A stretch of DNA of 32,000 nt from Pseudomonas aeruginosa (GCF_001457615.1 NZ_LN831024.1:510001-542000), one strand, 5' to 3'. Positions 17,462 through 26,738 are shown, counted from the stretch's first letter. Made by a program: numbers and translations. Notes: generated from the letters alone by a model not told the origin.

Positions 17462-17677
17462 GAATTTCGAAGATTTAAGCCAGTTATGTGCCAACCGATC
17501 CTCGACCGAATTTTCCGCGCTCTGCGGAAACCGGCCTTTCGGCGGCAAGCCCCTGAAACCGCTTGGGAAAAAGCTGTCGCTTCGATCAGGTAAGAATTTC
17601 GAACCGATTCATAGGCTTATGCGGACGGACGAGGGAGAGGGGAAAAAAGCGGGACGCCAGGAGGCCGCATTGGGAAA

Positions 17678-17697
17678 ATTGTGCACAATAATTGTGC
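17678..17697. promoter_or_regulatory. Overlapping palindromes ATTGTGCACAAT and GCACAAT-A-ATTGTGC
   Basis: ATTGTGCACAATAATTGTGC contains three TTGTGC/GCACAA half-sites in alternating orientation. Confidence 0.45.
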
Positions 17698-17740
17698 CCA
17701 GTGTTACCGCCGCGCCCGTCGACGGTGCGCGGCGCGAAGC

Positions 17741-18667
17741 TCAGCCCGTCCGGGAAATATCCAGGCCCTTCAACTGCCCGATCATCCACGCATGGGCGTC
17801 ACGCCCGACATGCTGGACGTGGCTGTAGAGCCGCAGCACGTAGGGCGGAATGTCGAACGGAGCGGGATACAGGGCGAGGCCGGCGGCTTCCGCCAGGGCC
17901 CGTGCGGCATGTCGCGGAGCGGTGAGCAGGAAATCGGTGGAGCCTGCCAGGAACAGCGCCGCCAGCACCGTCGGCAGTTGCACCGCCACTTCGCGACGCA
18001 GGCCGGAGCGGGCCAGCAGCCGGTCGATCACCCCGCTGTCCTCGTTCCACGGCGTCACCACCGCATGCCGTTCGGCCAGGTAGCCCTCCAGCGTCGGCGC
18101 CCCGGCGAGGCGTGGGTGGTCGCGCCGCGCTACCACCACGTAGCGGTCGGCGAACCAGTCATGGGCCTGGATGCCTTCGGGCAGGCGCTCGTGTTCCTCG
18201 TCGTAGCCGAGGGCGAAATCGATCCGCCCGCTGGCCAGGGCCTCCACCGACAGCTTGCGTTCCGCATTGACCAGGCGCAGGCGCACTCCGGGCGCGCTGT
18301 GCTGCAGGCGGTTCATCAGCGGCGGAAGCAGGGCGAAAGCGGTGTAGTCGGTGGCGGCGAAGACGAAGGTGCGCTGGCTCTGTCCCGGTACGAACGGCCG
18401 CCACTCTTCCAGCCCCTCGCCGAGGGCGCGCAGGGCGGCGGCCACCGCAGCGGCCAGGTGCTCGGCACGCTGGGTCGGCTGCATGCGATTGCCCTGGCGC
18501 AGGAACAGTTCGTCGTCCAGCCCCTGGCGCAGGCGCCCCAGCGCATGGCTGAAGGCCGAGGCGCTGATCGCCAGTTCGCTGGCTGCGGTGCCGACGTTGC
18601 GGTGGCGATACAGGGCGTCGAAGACAAGCAGGAGGTTGAGATCGAGACGGCGCAGCAGGGGATGCAT
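17741..18667 (-). CDS. LysR-family transcriptional regulator
   Basis: MHPLLRRLDLNLLLVFDALYRHRNVGTAASELAISASAFSHALGRLR HTH and LysR substrate-binding domain. Confidence 0.9.
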   Translation of the reverse strand: MHPLLRRLDLNLLLVFDALYRHRNVGTAASELAISASAFSHALGRLRQGLDDELFLRQGNRMQPTQRAEHLAAAVAAALRALGEGLEEWRPFVPGQSQRTFVFAATDYTAFALLPPLMNRLQHSAPGVRLRLVNAERKLSVEALASGRIDFALGYDEEHERLPEGIQAHDWFADRYVVVARRDHPRLAGAPTLEGYLAERHAVVTPWNEDSGVIDRLLARSGLRREVAVQLPTVLAALFLAGSTDFLLTAPRHAARALAEAAGLALYPAPFDIPPYVLRLYSHVQHVGRDAHAWMIGQLKGLDISRTG

Positions 18668-18754
18668 GTTATTCAGTTGCCGATGATAAGAATGCACTTC
18701 ATGCATCTTAGCAGGCGCACTAGGATGGCCGGATCCCCCACCGGAAGGTTGCCC

Positions 18755-19231
18755 ATGACTCTCGAAATCCGTCCCGCCGTACCGGCCGACGCCGAACAGA
18801 TCCTTGCCTTCATCATCGAACTGGCCGACTACGAGCGCGCCCGCCATGAGGTGGTCACCGATGTCGAAGGCATCCGCCGCAGCCTGTTCGCCGAAGGCTC
18901 GCCGACCCGCGCGCTGATGTGCCTGAGCGAAGGCCGGCCGATCGGCTATGCGGTGTATTTCTACAGCTACTCGACCTGGCTGGGGCGCAACGGCATCTAC
19001 CTCGAAGACCTCTACGTCACCCCTGAGTACCGTGGCGTCGGCGCCGGTCGCCGGCTGCTCCGCGAGCTGGCCCGCGAGGCCGTGGCCAACGACTGCGGAC
19101 GCCTGGAGTGGAGCGTGCTGGACTGGAACCAGCCGGCCATCGACTTCTACCGCTCCATCGGCGCGCTGCCGCAGGACGAGTGGGTGCGCTACCGGCTGGA
19201 TGGCGAGGCGTTGCGCAAGATGGCGGAGTAG
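18755..19231 (+). CDS. GNAT-family N-acetyltransferase
   Basis: MTLEIRPAVPADAEQILAFI...LEDLYVTPEYRGVGAGRRLL...NQPAIDFYRSIGA. Confidence 0.9.
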   Translation: MTLEIRPAVPADAEQILAFIIELADYERARHEVVTDVEGIRRSLFAEGSPTRALMCLSEGRPIGYAVYFYSYSTWLGRNGIYLEDLYVTPEYRGVGAGRRLLRELAREAVANDCGRLEWSVLDWNQPAIDFYRSIGALPQDEWVRYRLDGEALRKMAE

Positions 19232-19272
19232 CTGGCGGCAAGCCGGCGTTGATGCCGGGGGAGTGCGTGGGG

Positions 19273-19304
19273 GTAGGGCGAATAGCGCCTGGCGATATCC
19301 GCCA
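19273..19304. repeat. Palindromic intergenic repeat copy 4 (diverged: GTAGGGCGAATAGCGCCTGGCGATATCCGCCA)
   Basis: Matches the other three copies in arm sequence. Confidence 0.6.
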
Positions 19305-19309
19305 GTTTC

Positions 19310-20243
19310 TCACCGAGGACGCCTGGCGCCTGCCGAGTCATCGCCACCGGTATCCATGCCGCTCTCCCGTAGCGCTGTAGCGTTGTCCCGCAGGAACGCC
19401 CACAGGCGTTCCGCTACCGGGCCCTGCGCGCGATCGCGCCGGCGCGCCGCCACCACCTCTTCGCTGCGTCCTGGCAGATGCGGCCCGGCCAGAGCGAGCA
19501 GGCGGCCGTCGGCCAGTTCCTCGTCGACCAGGAAGTCCGGCAGGTGCCCCCAGCCGAGGCCCTGGAGGATCACCTCTTTCTTCGTTCGCTGGTCCGGCAC
19601 GCTGCACTGTCGCGCGCCGGCGAGCATGAAATAGTCCGTCGGCGGAGAATGGCGGGCGCTGTCGCGCATCACACACTGGGCGAAGGGGCGCAGTTGTTCC
19701 GGGCGCACCGGTCGCGGCGGAGGATCGCCGAGCAGGCCCGGCGCGATGACCGGGACCAGCCCGACCCTGCACAGGTCGAGCCATTCCAGGCGTGGGTCGG
19801 ACTTGTCCACGCGATGCAGGATCAGGTCGGCCTCGCCGTCCAGCAGGCGCTCCAGCGGGCCGCTGACGGTTTCGAACAGCAATTGCAGGCGGGTCTGCGG
19901 CTGGCTGCCGAAGAACCCTGCGAGCAGCGCCAGGGCCGGGCGCGGCGGGCAGAGGTCGCCCAGTACCACGCGCAGCTCGCTTTCCTCGCCCTGGGCCACG
20001 CAGCCCTTCCAGTTCGTAGAGCAGGGCCTGGGCACGCTGGTGGAAGGAGCGACCGGCGGCGGTCAGGCCGACCCGGTAGCCGCCCCGTTCCAGCAGCACC
20101 AGGCCGAGCTGGCGCTCCAGCCGGGCAACGGCGGCGAACACCGCCGGATGGGAGCGGTGCAGGCGCTGTGCGGCGGCCTGGAAGCCGCCGGCGTCGACCA
20201 CCGCGTCGAAGCATTGGAGGTCGTGGAGGGTGAAGTCGTGCAT
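19310..20243 (-). pseudogene. LysR-family regulator, apparently disrupted by a frameshift or small deletion near 19995-20008
   Basis: LysR HTH (MHDFTLHDLQCFDAVVDAGGFQAAAQRLHRSHPAVFAAVARLERQLGLVLLERGG) in the frame starting at 20243; the effector domain (AQGEESELRVVLGDLCPPRPALALLAGFF...) continues in a different frame down to 19310. Confidence 0.75.
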
Positions 20244-20346
20244 GTCAGCTTCCCTGACAGAGTCGTTCCATTCTTTGTAGTTTTTCCCAGGGACCGTCGC
20301 AACTAGCCTGGCGTGCATGGCAATCACCCTGACCCCGGAGGCTCCC

Positions 20347-21144
20347 ATGGGCAACCTGTCTTTTCTCGCTACCAGCGACGGCGCCAGCCTCGCCTATCGC
20401 CTGGATGGTGCGGCAGAGAAACCGCTGCTGGCGCTCTCCAACTCCATCGGCACCACCCTGCACATGTGGGATGCGCAACTCCCGGCACTGACCCGGCACT
20501 TCCGCGTCCTGCGCTACGACGCCCGCGGCCATGGCGCCTCCAGCGTGCCGCCGGGGCCCTACACCCTGGCCCGGCTGGGCGAGGACGTACTGGAGCTGCT
20601 CGACGCGCTGGAGGTACGGCGCGCGCATTTCCTCGGCCTGTCCCTGGGCGGGATCGTCGGCCAGTGGCTGGCGCTGCATGCGCCGCAGCGGATCGAGCGG
20701 CTGGTGCTGGCCAACACCTCGGCCTGGCTCGGCCCGGCGGCGCAGTGGGACGAGCGCATCGCCGCGGTGCTGCAGGCCGAGGACATGAGCGAGACCGCCG
20801 CGGGCTTCCTCGGCAACTGGTTTCCGCCGGCGCTGCTGGAGCGCGCCGAGCCCGTCGTCGAGCGCTTCCGGGCGATGCTCATGGCCACCAACCGGCACGG
20901 CCTGGCCGGCTCCTTCGCGGCGGTGCGCGATACCGACCTGCGCGCGCAACTGGCGCGGATCGAGCGGCCGACCCTGGTGATCGCAGGGGCGTACGACACG
21001 GTCACCGCCGCCAGCCACGGCGAGCTGATCGCCGCGTCGATTGCCGGGGCCAGGCTGGTTACGCTGCCGGCGGTGCATCTGTCGAACGTCGAGTTCCCGC
21101 AGGCGTTCGAAGGCGCGGTGCTGAGCTTTCTCGGCGCAGACTGA
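20347..21144 (+). CDS. Alpha/beta hydrolase, 3-oxoadipate enol-lactonase-like
   Basis: RYDARGHGASSVPPGPYTLARLGEDV, LGLSLGGIVGQWLA nucleophile elbow; GGAGG upstream of ATG 20347 (alternative start at 20317). Confidence 0.82.
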   Translation: MGNLSFLATSDGASLAYRLDGAAEKPLLALSNSIGTTLHMWDAQLPALTRHFRVLRYDARGHGASSVPPGPYTLARLGEDVLELLDALEVRRAHFLGLSLGGIVGQWLALHAPQRIERLVLANTSAWLGPAAQWDERIAAVLQAEDMSETAAGFLGNWFPPALLERAEPVVERFRAMLMATNRHGLAGSFAAVRDTDLRAQLARIERPTLVIAGAYDTVTAASHGELIAASIAGARLVTLPAVHLSNVEFPQAFEGAVLSFLGAD

Positions 21145-21186
21145 TTAGGCTATCGTCGCGCCTTTTCCCTCGGCGCAGGAGCCGAC

Positions 21187-21630
21187 ATGAACGAGCCGGG
21201 CAGTTTCATCTGGACGTGGTACGGGCAGGATGAGCATCGATGGGTCCTGCTCAGCGCAGAGGCGTTCCTGGCGCTCGATTTCCTGGCCCTTGACGGTGCC
21301 ATGCAGAGAGAGACCATCGGCAGTTGCCCGGGCTGCTCTACCTGGTCGGAGAAGGTCGTGCCGTTGCACGAGTGGCTCGAAGGCTGTCCGGGTCGCCAGG
21401 CCGGGAGTTTTCGCGATGCCTTGAGGCGTGTCTGGGCGCTGTGCAACGAGCTGCCCGAGGAAGCGCTGGGCTGCTTCGACTTCGACATCTATGCCCACCC
21501 CGGATGGCAGGCGGTACGTCGAGAGGCCCGGGAGGCGCTGCGGCAGAACGGTTGGGACAGCATCCGTAGCCACGCCGAGGAGCTGCGCGACGACTGTTGG
21601 GAGCGTGTGCATGGCTACCCGAAGAAATGA
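21187..21630 (+). CDS. Conserved hypothetical protein (147 aa)
   Basis: Open frame with Pseudomonas-like codon use, cagGAG RBS region upstream, terminated by a strong hairpin. Confidence 0.7.
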   Translation: MNEPGSFIWTWYGQDEHRWVLLSAEAFLALDFLALDGAMQRETIGSCPGCSTWSEKVVPLHEWLEGCPGRQAGSFRDALRRVWALCNELPEEALGCFDFDIYAHPGWQAVRREAREALRQNGWDSIRSHAEELRDDCWERVHGYPKK

Positions 21631-21658
21631 AAAAGCCGCCCCTCGGGGCGGCTTTTCG
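21630..21658. terminator. Bidirectional rho-independent terminator
   Basis: AAAAAGCCGCCCCTCGGGGCGGCTTTTTC between convergent genes. Confidence 0.92.
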
Positions 21659-21677
21659 TTGCGCTGCGGCGAACGGC

Positions 21678-23855
21678 CTATAGCCCGTTCTTCGCCTTGA
21701 ACTCACGGCGGCGGCGATGCAGGACCGGCTCGGTATAGCCGTTCGGCTGCCGGGTGCCTTCCACCACCAGCTCCAGGGCGGCCTGGAACGCGACGTTGTC
21801 GTCGAAGTTCGGCGCCATCGGCCGGTAGGACGGGTCGCTGGCGTTCTGCCGGTCGACCACCACGGCCATGCGCTTGAGGCTCTCGACCACCTGCTCCTGG
21901 CTGATCACGCCGTGACGCAGCCAGTTGGCCAGCAGTTGGCTGGAGATGCGCAGGGTGGCGCGGTCTTCCATCAGACCGACGTCGTTGATGTCCGGCACCT
22001 TGGAGCAGCCGACGCCCTGGTCGATCCAGCGGACGACATAGCCGAGGATGCCCTGGGCGTTGTTGTCCACCTCGTTCTTGATCTCTTCCGCGGTCCAGTT
22101 GGTGTTCGGCGCCAGCGGAATGGTCAGGATGTCGTCCACCGAGGCCGGGGTGCGCTTGGCCAGCTCGGCCTGGCGGGCGAACACGTCGACCTTGTGGTAA
22201 TGCAGGGCGTGCAGGGTCGCGGCGGTCGGCGACGGGACCCAGGCGGTGTTGGCGCCGGCCAGCGGATGGCCGATCTTCTGCTCGAGCATGGCGGCCATCA
22301 GGTCGGGCATGGCCCACATGCCCTTGCCGATCTGCGCCTTGCCTTGCAGGCCGGTGGCCAGGCCGACGTCGACGTTGTTGTTCTCGTAGGCGCCGATCCA
22401 CTTCTCCGACTTCATGGCGCCCTTGCGCACCACGGCGCCGGCTTCCATGGAGGTGTGGATCTCGTCGCCGGTGCGGTCGAGGAAGCCGGTGTTGATGAAC
22501 ACCACGCGATCCTTGGCCGCCTTGATGCAGGCCTTCAGGTTCACGGTGGTGCGGCGCTCCTCGTCCATGATGCCGACCTTCAGGGTGTTGCGCGGCAGGC
22601 CGAGGACGTCCTCGACGCGGCCGAACAGCTCGTTGGTGAAGGCGGCTTCTTCCGGACCGTGCATCTTCGGCTTGACGATATACACGCTGCCGGTGCGGCT
22701 GTTCTTGCGGCTGGTGTTGCCGTTCAGGTCATGAATGGCGATCAGGCTGGTGAACAGACCGTCCTGGATGCCTTCCGGCACTTCGTTGCCGTCCTTGTCG
22801 AGGATCGCATCGTTGGTCATCAGGTGGCCGACGTTGCGCACGAACAGCAGCGAGCGGCCGTGCAGGGTCAGTTCGGAACCGTCGGCCCTGGTGTAGACGC
22901 GGTCCGGGTTCATGGTGCGGGTGAAGGTGCTGCCGCCCTTGCTGACTTCCTCGGCCAGGTCGCCTTTCATCAGGCCCAGCCAGTTGCGGTAGATCACTAC
23001 CTTGTCGTCGGCGTCGACCGCGGCGACCGAGTCCTCGCAGTCCATGATGGTGGTGAGGGCGGCCTCCATCAGCACGTCCTTCACGCCTGCGGCATCGGTC
23101 TGGCCGACCGGGCTGCTCGGGTCGATCTGGATTTCGAAGTGCAGGCCGTTGTGCTTGAGCAGTACCGCTTGCGGCTTGGCGGCGTCGCCCTGGAAGGCAA
23201 GGAACTGGCCAGCGTTCTTCAGGCCGGTTTCGCTACCGTTCTTCAGCGCGACGACCAGCGCGCCGTTCTTCACGCTGTAGGAAGTGGCGTCGACATGGGA
23301 GCCGGACTCCAGCGGCGCGGCCTCGTCGAGGAAGGCGCGAGCGAAGGCGATGACCTTGTCGCCGCGAACCTTGTTGTAGCCCTTGCCTTTCTCGGCGCCG
23401 CCTTCTTCGCTGATCACGTCGGTGCCGTAGAGCGCGTCGTACAGCGAGCCCCAGCGGGCGTTGGAGGCGTTGAGGGCGAAGCGCGCATTCATCACCGGCA
23501 CCACCAGCTGCGGGCCGGCCATGCGGGCGATCTCGTCGTCGACGTTCTGGGTGCCGGCCTGGAAGTCTTCCGCCTCGGGCAGCAGGTAGCCGATTTCCTC
23601 GAGGAAGGCCTTGTAGGCAGCGGCGTCGTGGGCCTGGCCGGCGCGAGCCTGGTGCCAGCCGTCGATCTTGGCCTGGAGTTCGTCGCGCTTGGCGAGCAGG
23701 GCTTTATTCTTCGGCGCCAGGTCGTTGATCACGGCCTCCGCACCGGTCCAGAACGTGTCGGCAGAGACGCCGGTTCCGGGGATGGCTTCGTTGTTCACGA
23801 AGTCGAACAGGACTTTGGCGACCTGCAGGCCACCGACTTGAACGCGTTCAGTCAT
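21678..23855 (-). CDS. glcB: Malate synthase G
   Basis: [42 protein letters not shown]...; full-length (~725 aa) malate synthase G sequence. Confidence 0.97.
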   Translation of the reverse strand: MTERVQVGGLQVAKVLFDFVNNEAIPGTGVSADTFWTGAEAVINDLAPKNKALLAKRDELQAKIDGWHQARAGQAHDAAAYKAFLEEIGYLLPEAEDFQAGTQNVDDEIARMAGPQLVVPVMNARFALNASNARWGSLYDALYGTDVISEEGGAEKGKGYNKVRGDKVIAFARAFLDEAAPLESGSHVDATSYSVKNGALVVALKNGSETGLKNAGQFLAFQGDAAKPQAVLLKHNGLHFEIQIDPSSPVGQTDAAGVKDVLMEAALTTIMDCEDSVAAVDADDKVVIYRNWLGLMKGDLAEEVSKGGSTFTRTMNPDRVYTRADGSELTLHGRSLLFVRNVGHLMTNDAILDKDGNEVPEGIQDGLFTSLIAIHDLNGNTSRKNSRTGSVYIVKPKMHGPEEAAFTNELFGRVEDVLGLPRNTLKVGIMDEERRTTVNLKACIKAAKDRVVFINTGFLDRTGDEIHTSMEAGAVVRKGAMKSEKWIGAYENNNVDVGLATGLQGKAQIGKGMWAMPDLMAAMLEQKIGHPLAGANTAWVPSPTAATLHALHYHKVDVFARQAELAKRTPASVDDILTIPLAPNTNWTAEEIKNEVDNNAQGILGYVVRWIDQGVGCSKVPDINDVGLMEDRATLRISSQLLANWLRHGVISQEQVVESLKRMAVVVDRQNASDPSYRPMAPNFDDNVAFQAALELVVEGTRQPNGYTEPVLHRRRREFKAKNGL

Positions 23856-23917
23856 TGTTTGCCTCACTCTGCTCTAGACCAGCTCTGGACCCGGGCCGCA
23901 CGGCCTTGTAGTCCGAG

Positions 23918-23943
23918 CCGCGGCATACTACATGATGCCGCGG
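23918..23943. other. 9-bp-stem inverted repeat CCGCGGCAT-ACTACATG-ATGCCGCGG in the glcB upstream region
   Basis: Perfect arms, 8-nt loop. Confidence 0.5.
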
Positions 23944-24161
23944 GAAAAATCAGTGGTTACGCGTCGCGTTACGACTGGATGACGCTTCACGGTCACGTTG
24001 GCCAGGCTCAATGTTCGCAAAAAAACTGTACTTTGTTCCAGATAAATCTAAAAACAGTACACGATTTATCGCGAGCCCAACTGCGGCGCGGCGTCGCAGG
24101 ATGTTTCACTGCGCTGCGAGCGCCTTGCCTATACTCTCGGAATCGCCTCAGGAGCCTCGCC

Positions 24162-24605
24162 ATGCCCGTCCATGCCGCATCCCTCGCCGATCTCGCCGAC
24201 CTGGTTCCGCTGTTTTCCGCCTACCTCGACTTCTACGAAGTGCCGGCGCCGGAAGAGCAGGTTCGCGCATTCCTCGCCGAGCGCCTGCGCCAGGGCGATT
24301 CGACCCTGTTCCTGGCCAGGGATGCCGAGGCGCGGGCGCTGGGCTTCGTCCAACTCTATCCGCTGTTCGCCTCCCTGGCGCTACGACCTTCGTGGCTGCT
24401 CAGCGATCTCTACGTCCGCCCGGAGGCGCGTCGCCGGGGTGTCGGCGAGGCCCTGATGAACCAGGCCCGGGGTTTCGCCGAAAGCATGGGCGCCTGCGGC
24501 CTGCAACTGGAGACGGCGAAGACCAACCACGCCGGGCAGTCGCTCTACGAGCGCCTCGGCTATGTCCGTGACGAACAGTTCTACACTTACTGGCTGCAGC
24601 TCTGA
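24162..24605 (+). CDS. GNAT-family N-acetyltransferase
   Basis: LSDLYVRPEARRRGVGEALMNQARGFAESMGACGLQLETAKTNHAGQSLYERLGYVRD. Confidence 0.9.
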   Translation: MPVHAASLADLADLVPLFSAYLDFYEVPAPEEQVRAFLAERLRQGDSTLFLARDAEARALGFVQLYPLFASLALRPSWLLSDLYVRPEARRRGVGEALMNQARGFAESMGACGLQLETAKTNHAGQSLYERLGYVRDEQFYTYWLQL

Positions 24606-24636
24606 ACTCCCATTCGTCCCAGCAGGAGGCAAGCTC

Positions 24637-25152
24637 ATGGATCACCTGGTCCTGACCGTGATCGCCACCGACCATCCCGGCCTGGTCGAGCGCATCGCCC
24701 AATGCATCGCCTCCCACGGCGGCAACTGGCTGGAAAGCCGCATGTCGCGGATGGCCGGGCAGTTCGCCGGGATACTGCGGGTGGCCGTGCCGGCGGAAGG
24801 CTACGACGAACTGGTGGAAGGGCTACAGGGCCTGTCCAGCCACGGTATCCGCGTGCTCCTGGCGGAAAGCGGGATCGAGCCGGTATGCAACTGGAAGCCT
24901 ATCCACCTCGACCTGGTGGGCAACGACCGCCCCGGTATCGTGCGCGACATCACCCGGCTGCTGGCCGAGCACGGGGTGAACCTGGAGAGCCTGTCCACCG
25001 AAGTGCGCCCGGCGCCGATGAGCAGCGAACCGCTGTTCCATGCCGATGCGCTGCTGGCGGTGCCGCTGACCCTGTCGCTGGACACCCTGCGCGAGCGACT
25101 GGAAGACCTGGCCGACGACCTGATGGTGGAGTTGGTGCTGGACGCGTCCTGA
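24637..25152 (+). CDS. ACT-domain protein, glycine cleavage system transcriptional repressor (GcvR)-like
   Basis: Two ACT domains (LTVIATDHPGLVERIAQCI..., LDLVGNDRPGIVRDITRLLAEHGVNLESLSTEV); AGGAGG RBS upstream. Confidence 0.85.
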   Translation: MDHLVLTVIATDHPGLVERIAQCIASHGGNWLESRMSRMAGQFAGILRVAVPAEGYDELVEGLQGLSSHGIRVLLAESGIEPVCNWKPIHLDLVGNDRPGIVRDITRLLAEHGVNLESLSTEVRPAPMSSEPLFHADALLAVPLTLSLDTLRERLEDLADDLMVELVLDAS

Positions 25153-25180
25153 AGTTGTTCAGGAAAGCCGGGGACGGGCC

Positions 25181-25839
25181 TGTGGAAAAGCCTTGGGTGA
25201 AACCCTGAAGCCCAGGCGCCGCGAGGCTTGGAGGTCGTAGCGCGTTTTTTGACCAGCTGCGTTGCGGTTATTCCCAAACCAGGTGGACCAGCCTGTGGGT
25301 ATTCTGTGTGGATAACCTTGCAGGCCTCTATCCATGGGCGATACAAGGGTTTGATCGTTTTCTGAGCAGCCTCTCTTGCGCTTTTGCTTGTGGATTAACC
25401 TTCGCCGCTATCGTTGCCCCTGTGCACAAATAACGTGGAGCAGTCTGTGGGTAAGCCGGGGAAAAATCCATGAAGGCCTTTATTCATCGGTATTACAGGT
25501 ATCCGTACGTTTTTTGATCGATGGCTTTTCCGGTTCATCCACAGTTGCTCACAAAAGCCTTGGGCAGATTTGTGGATAAGCCTTGTGTATATCGTTGTAA
25601 CCCTTGGTAAGCCTTGCATGCAGCGGTATGCTCAAAGACTGATCAGGCGCTTTGCAGGGCCTCTTCCGAAGAGTTATCCACGTGCCTGCGGAGAGGAGAA
25701 GGCAGGTATATGCACAAAGTGCGTGCATGATCCTGTGGAAAAGCCTGGGGTGGATCGCTGAGCGTCAGTATTGGCGGGGGATAGGAAGGAGTGCGTGTTT
25801 TTTCGCCAGGCTTGCGGAGTTCCGCAAGCCTGGGGATAA
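25181..25839. repeat. Non-coding region with a cluster of DnaA-box-like motifs inside a degenerate repeat TGTGGATAAgCCTTG
   Basis: Exact TGTGGATAA at 25309-25317 and 25571-25579; one mismatch at 25389-25397, 25446-25454, 25535-25543 (reverse), 25674-25682 (reverse) and 25831-25839; weaker TGTGGAAAA at 25181-25189 and 25734-25742. Confidence 0.65.
25806..25833. other. Perfect 13-bp-arm hairpin CCAGGCTTGCGGA-GT-TCCGCAAGCCTGG just past the 3' end of rarD
   Basis: 13-bp perfect arms with 2-nt loop, immediately downstream of the rarD stop on the minus strand; the adjacent homopolymer (TTTTTT on +) is on the wrong side for a simple U-tract of the minus-strand transcript. Confidence 0.7.
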
Positions 25840-25841
25840 CG

Positions 25842-26738
25842 TCAGCCCGGCTGGGGAAGGCGGCGCAGGCTGCGCCAGGCGTCGAAGCTGTAGACGGCCA
25901 GGGCGAGCCAGATGAAAGCGAAGGCGGTCAGGCGGCTGGAGTCCAGATGCTCGCCGAACAGCAGGATCGCCTGTAGCAGGACCAGCGTCGGCGCCAGGTA
26001 TTGCAGGAAGCCCAGGGTGGCGTAGGGCAGGTGCCTTGCCGCAGCGTTGAAGCAGACCAGCGGAACCAGCGTCACCGGGCCCGCGGCGACCACCCACAGG
26101 GCTTCCGGGGTGCTCCAGAAAGCCGTTTCGCTGGTCGGCCCGTCGGCGAAAAACAGCAACCAGACCAGCGCCAGCGGCAGCAGCAGCCAGGTTTCCACCA
26201 CCAGTCCGGGCAGCGCGGCGACCGGCGCCTTTTTGCGGATCAGGCCGTAGAAGCCGAAGGTCAGGGCCAGCACCAGCGACACCCAAGGCAGGCTGCCGAG
26301 TTGCCAGACCTGCTGCGCCACGCCCAGCGAAGCCAGGGCTACCGCCAGCCATTGCAGGGGACGCAGGCGTTCCTTGAGCAGCAACATGCCGAGCATCACG
26401 TTGATCAGCGGATTGATGTAGTAGCCCAGGCTGGCTTCCAGCATGTGGCCGTTGTTCACCGCCCAGACATAGGTCATCCAGTTGCTGGCGATCAGCAGTC
26501 CGCTGGCGGCCAGCACGACGAAGCGCTGCGGATTCTGGCGTAGCTCGCGCCACCAGCCCGGGTGCTTCCAGAACAGCAGCAGGACGGCGCCGAACAGGGC
26601 CGACCAGACCGCGCGCTGTACGATGATTTCCACCGCGGGAATGCGTTCGAGCAGTTTGAAGTAGAGCGGGAACAGTCCCCAGATCACATAAGCCGTCAGG
26701 CCGAGGACATAGCCCCGACGGAGGTTGGCGGTCGCCAT
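25842..26738 (-). CDS. rarD: EamA-family transporter RarD
   Basis: MATANLRRGYVLGLTAYVIWGLFPLYFKLLERIPAVEIIVQRAVWS typical RarD sequence with ~10 TM helices. Confidence 0.92.
   Translation of the reverse strand: MATANLRRGYVLGLTAYVIWGLFPLYFKLLERIPAVEIIVQRAVWSALFGAVLLLFWKHPGWWRELRQNPQRFVVLAASGLLIASNWMTYVWAVNNGHMLEASLGYYINPLINVMLGMLLLKERLRPLQWLAVALASLGVAQQVWQLGSLPWVSLVLALTFGFYGLIRKKAPVAALPGLVVETWLLLPLALVWLLFFADGPTSETAFWSTPEALWVVAAGPVTLVPLVCFNAAARHLPYATLGFLQYLAPTLVLLQAILLFGEHLDSSRLTAFAFIWLALAVYSFDAWRSLRRLPQPG

Noticed and set aside
25376-25915. Short ORFs (60-90 aa) in the gcvR-like/rarD gap
   Set aside because: Compositions (Cys/Trp/Ser-rich) unlike Pseudomonas proteins, no RBS, and they overlap the repeat cluster.
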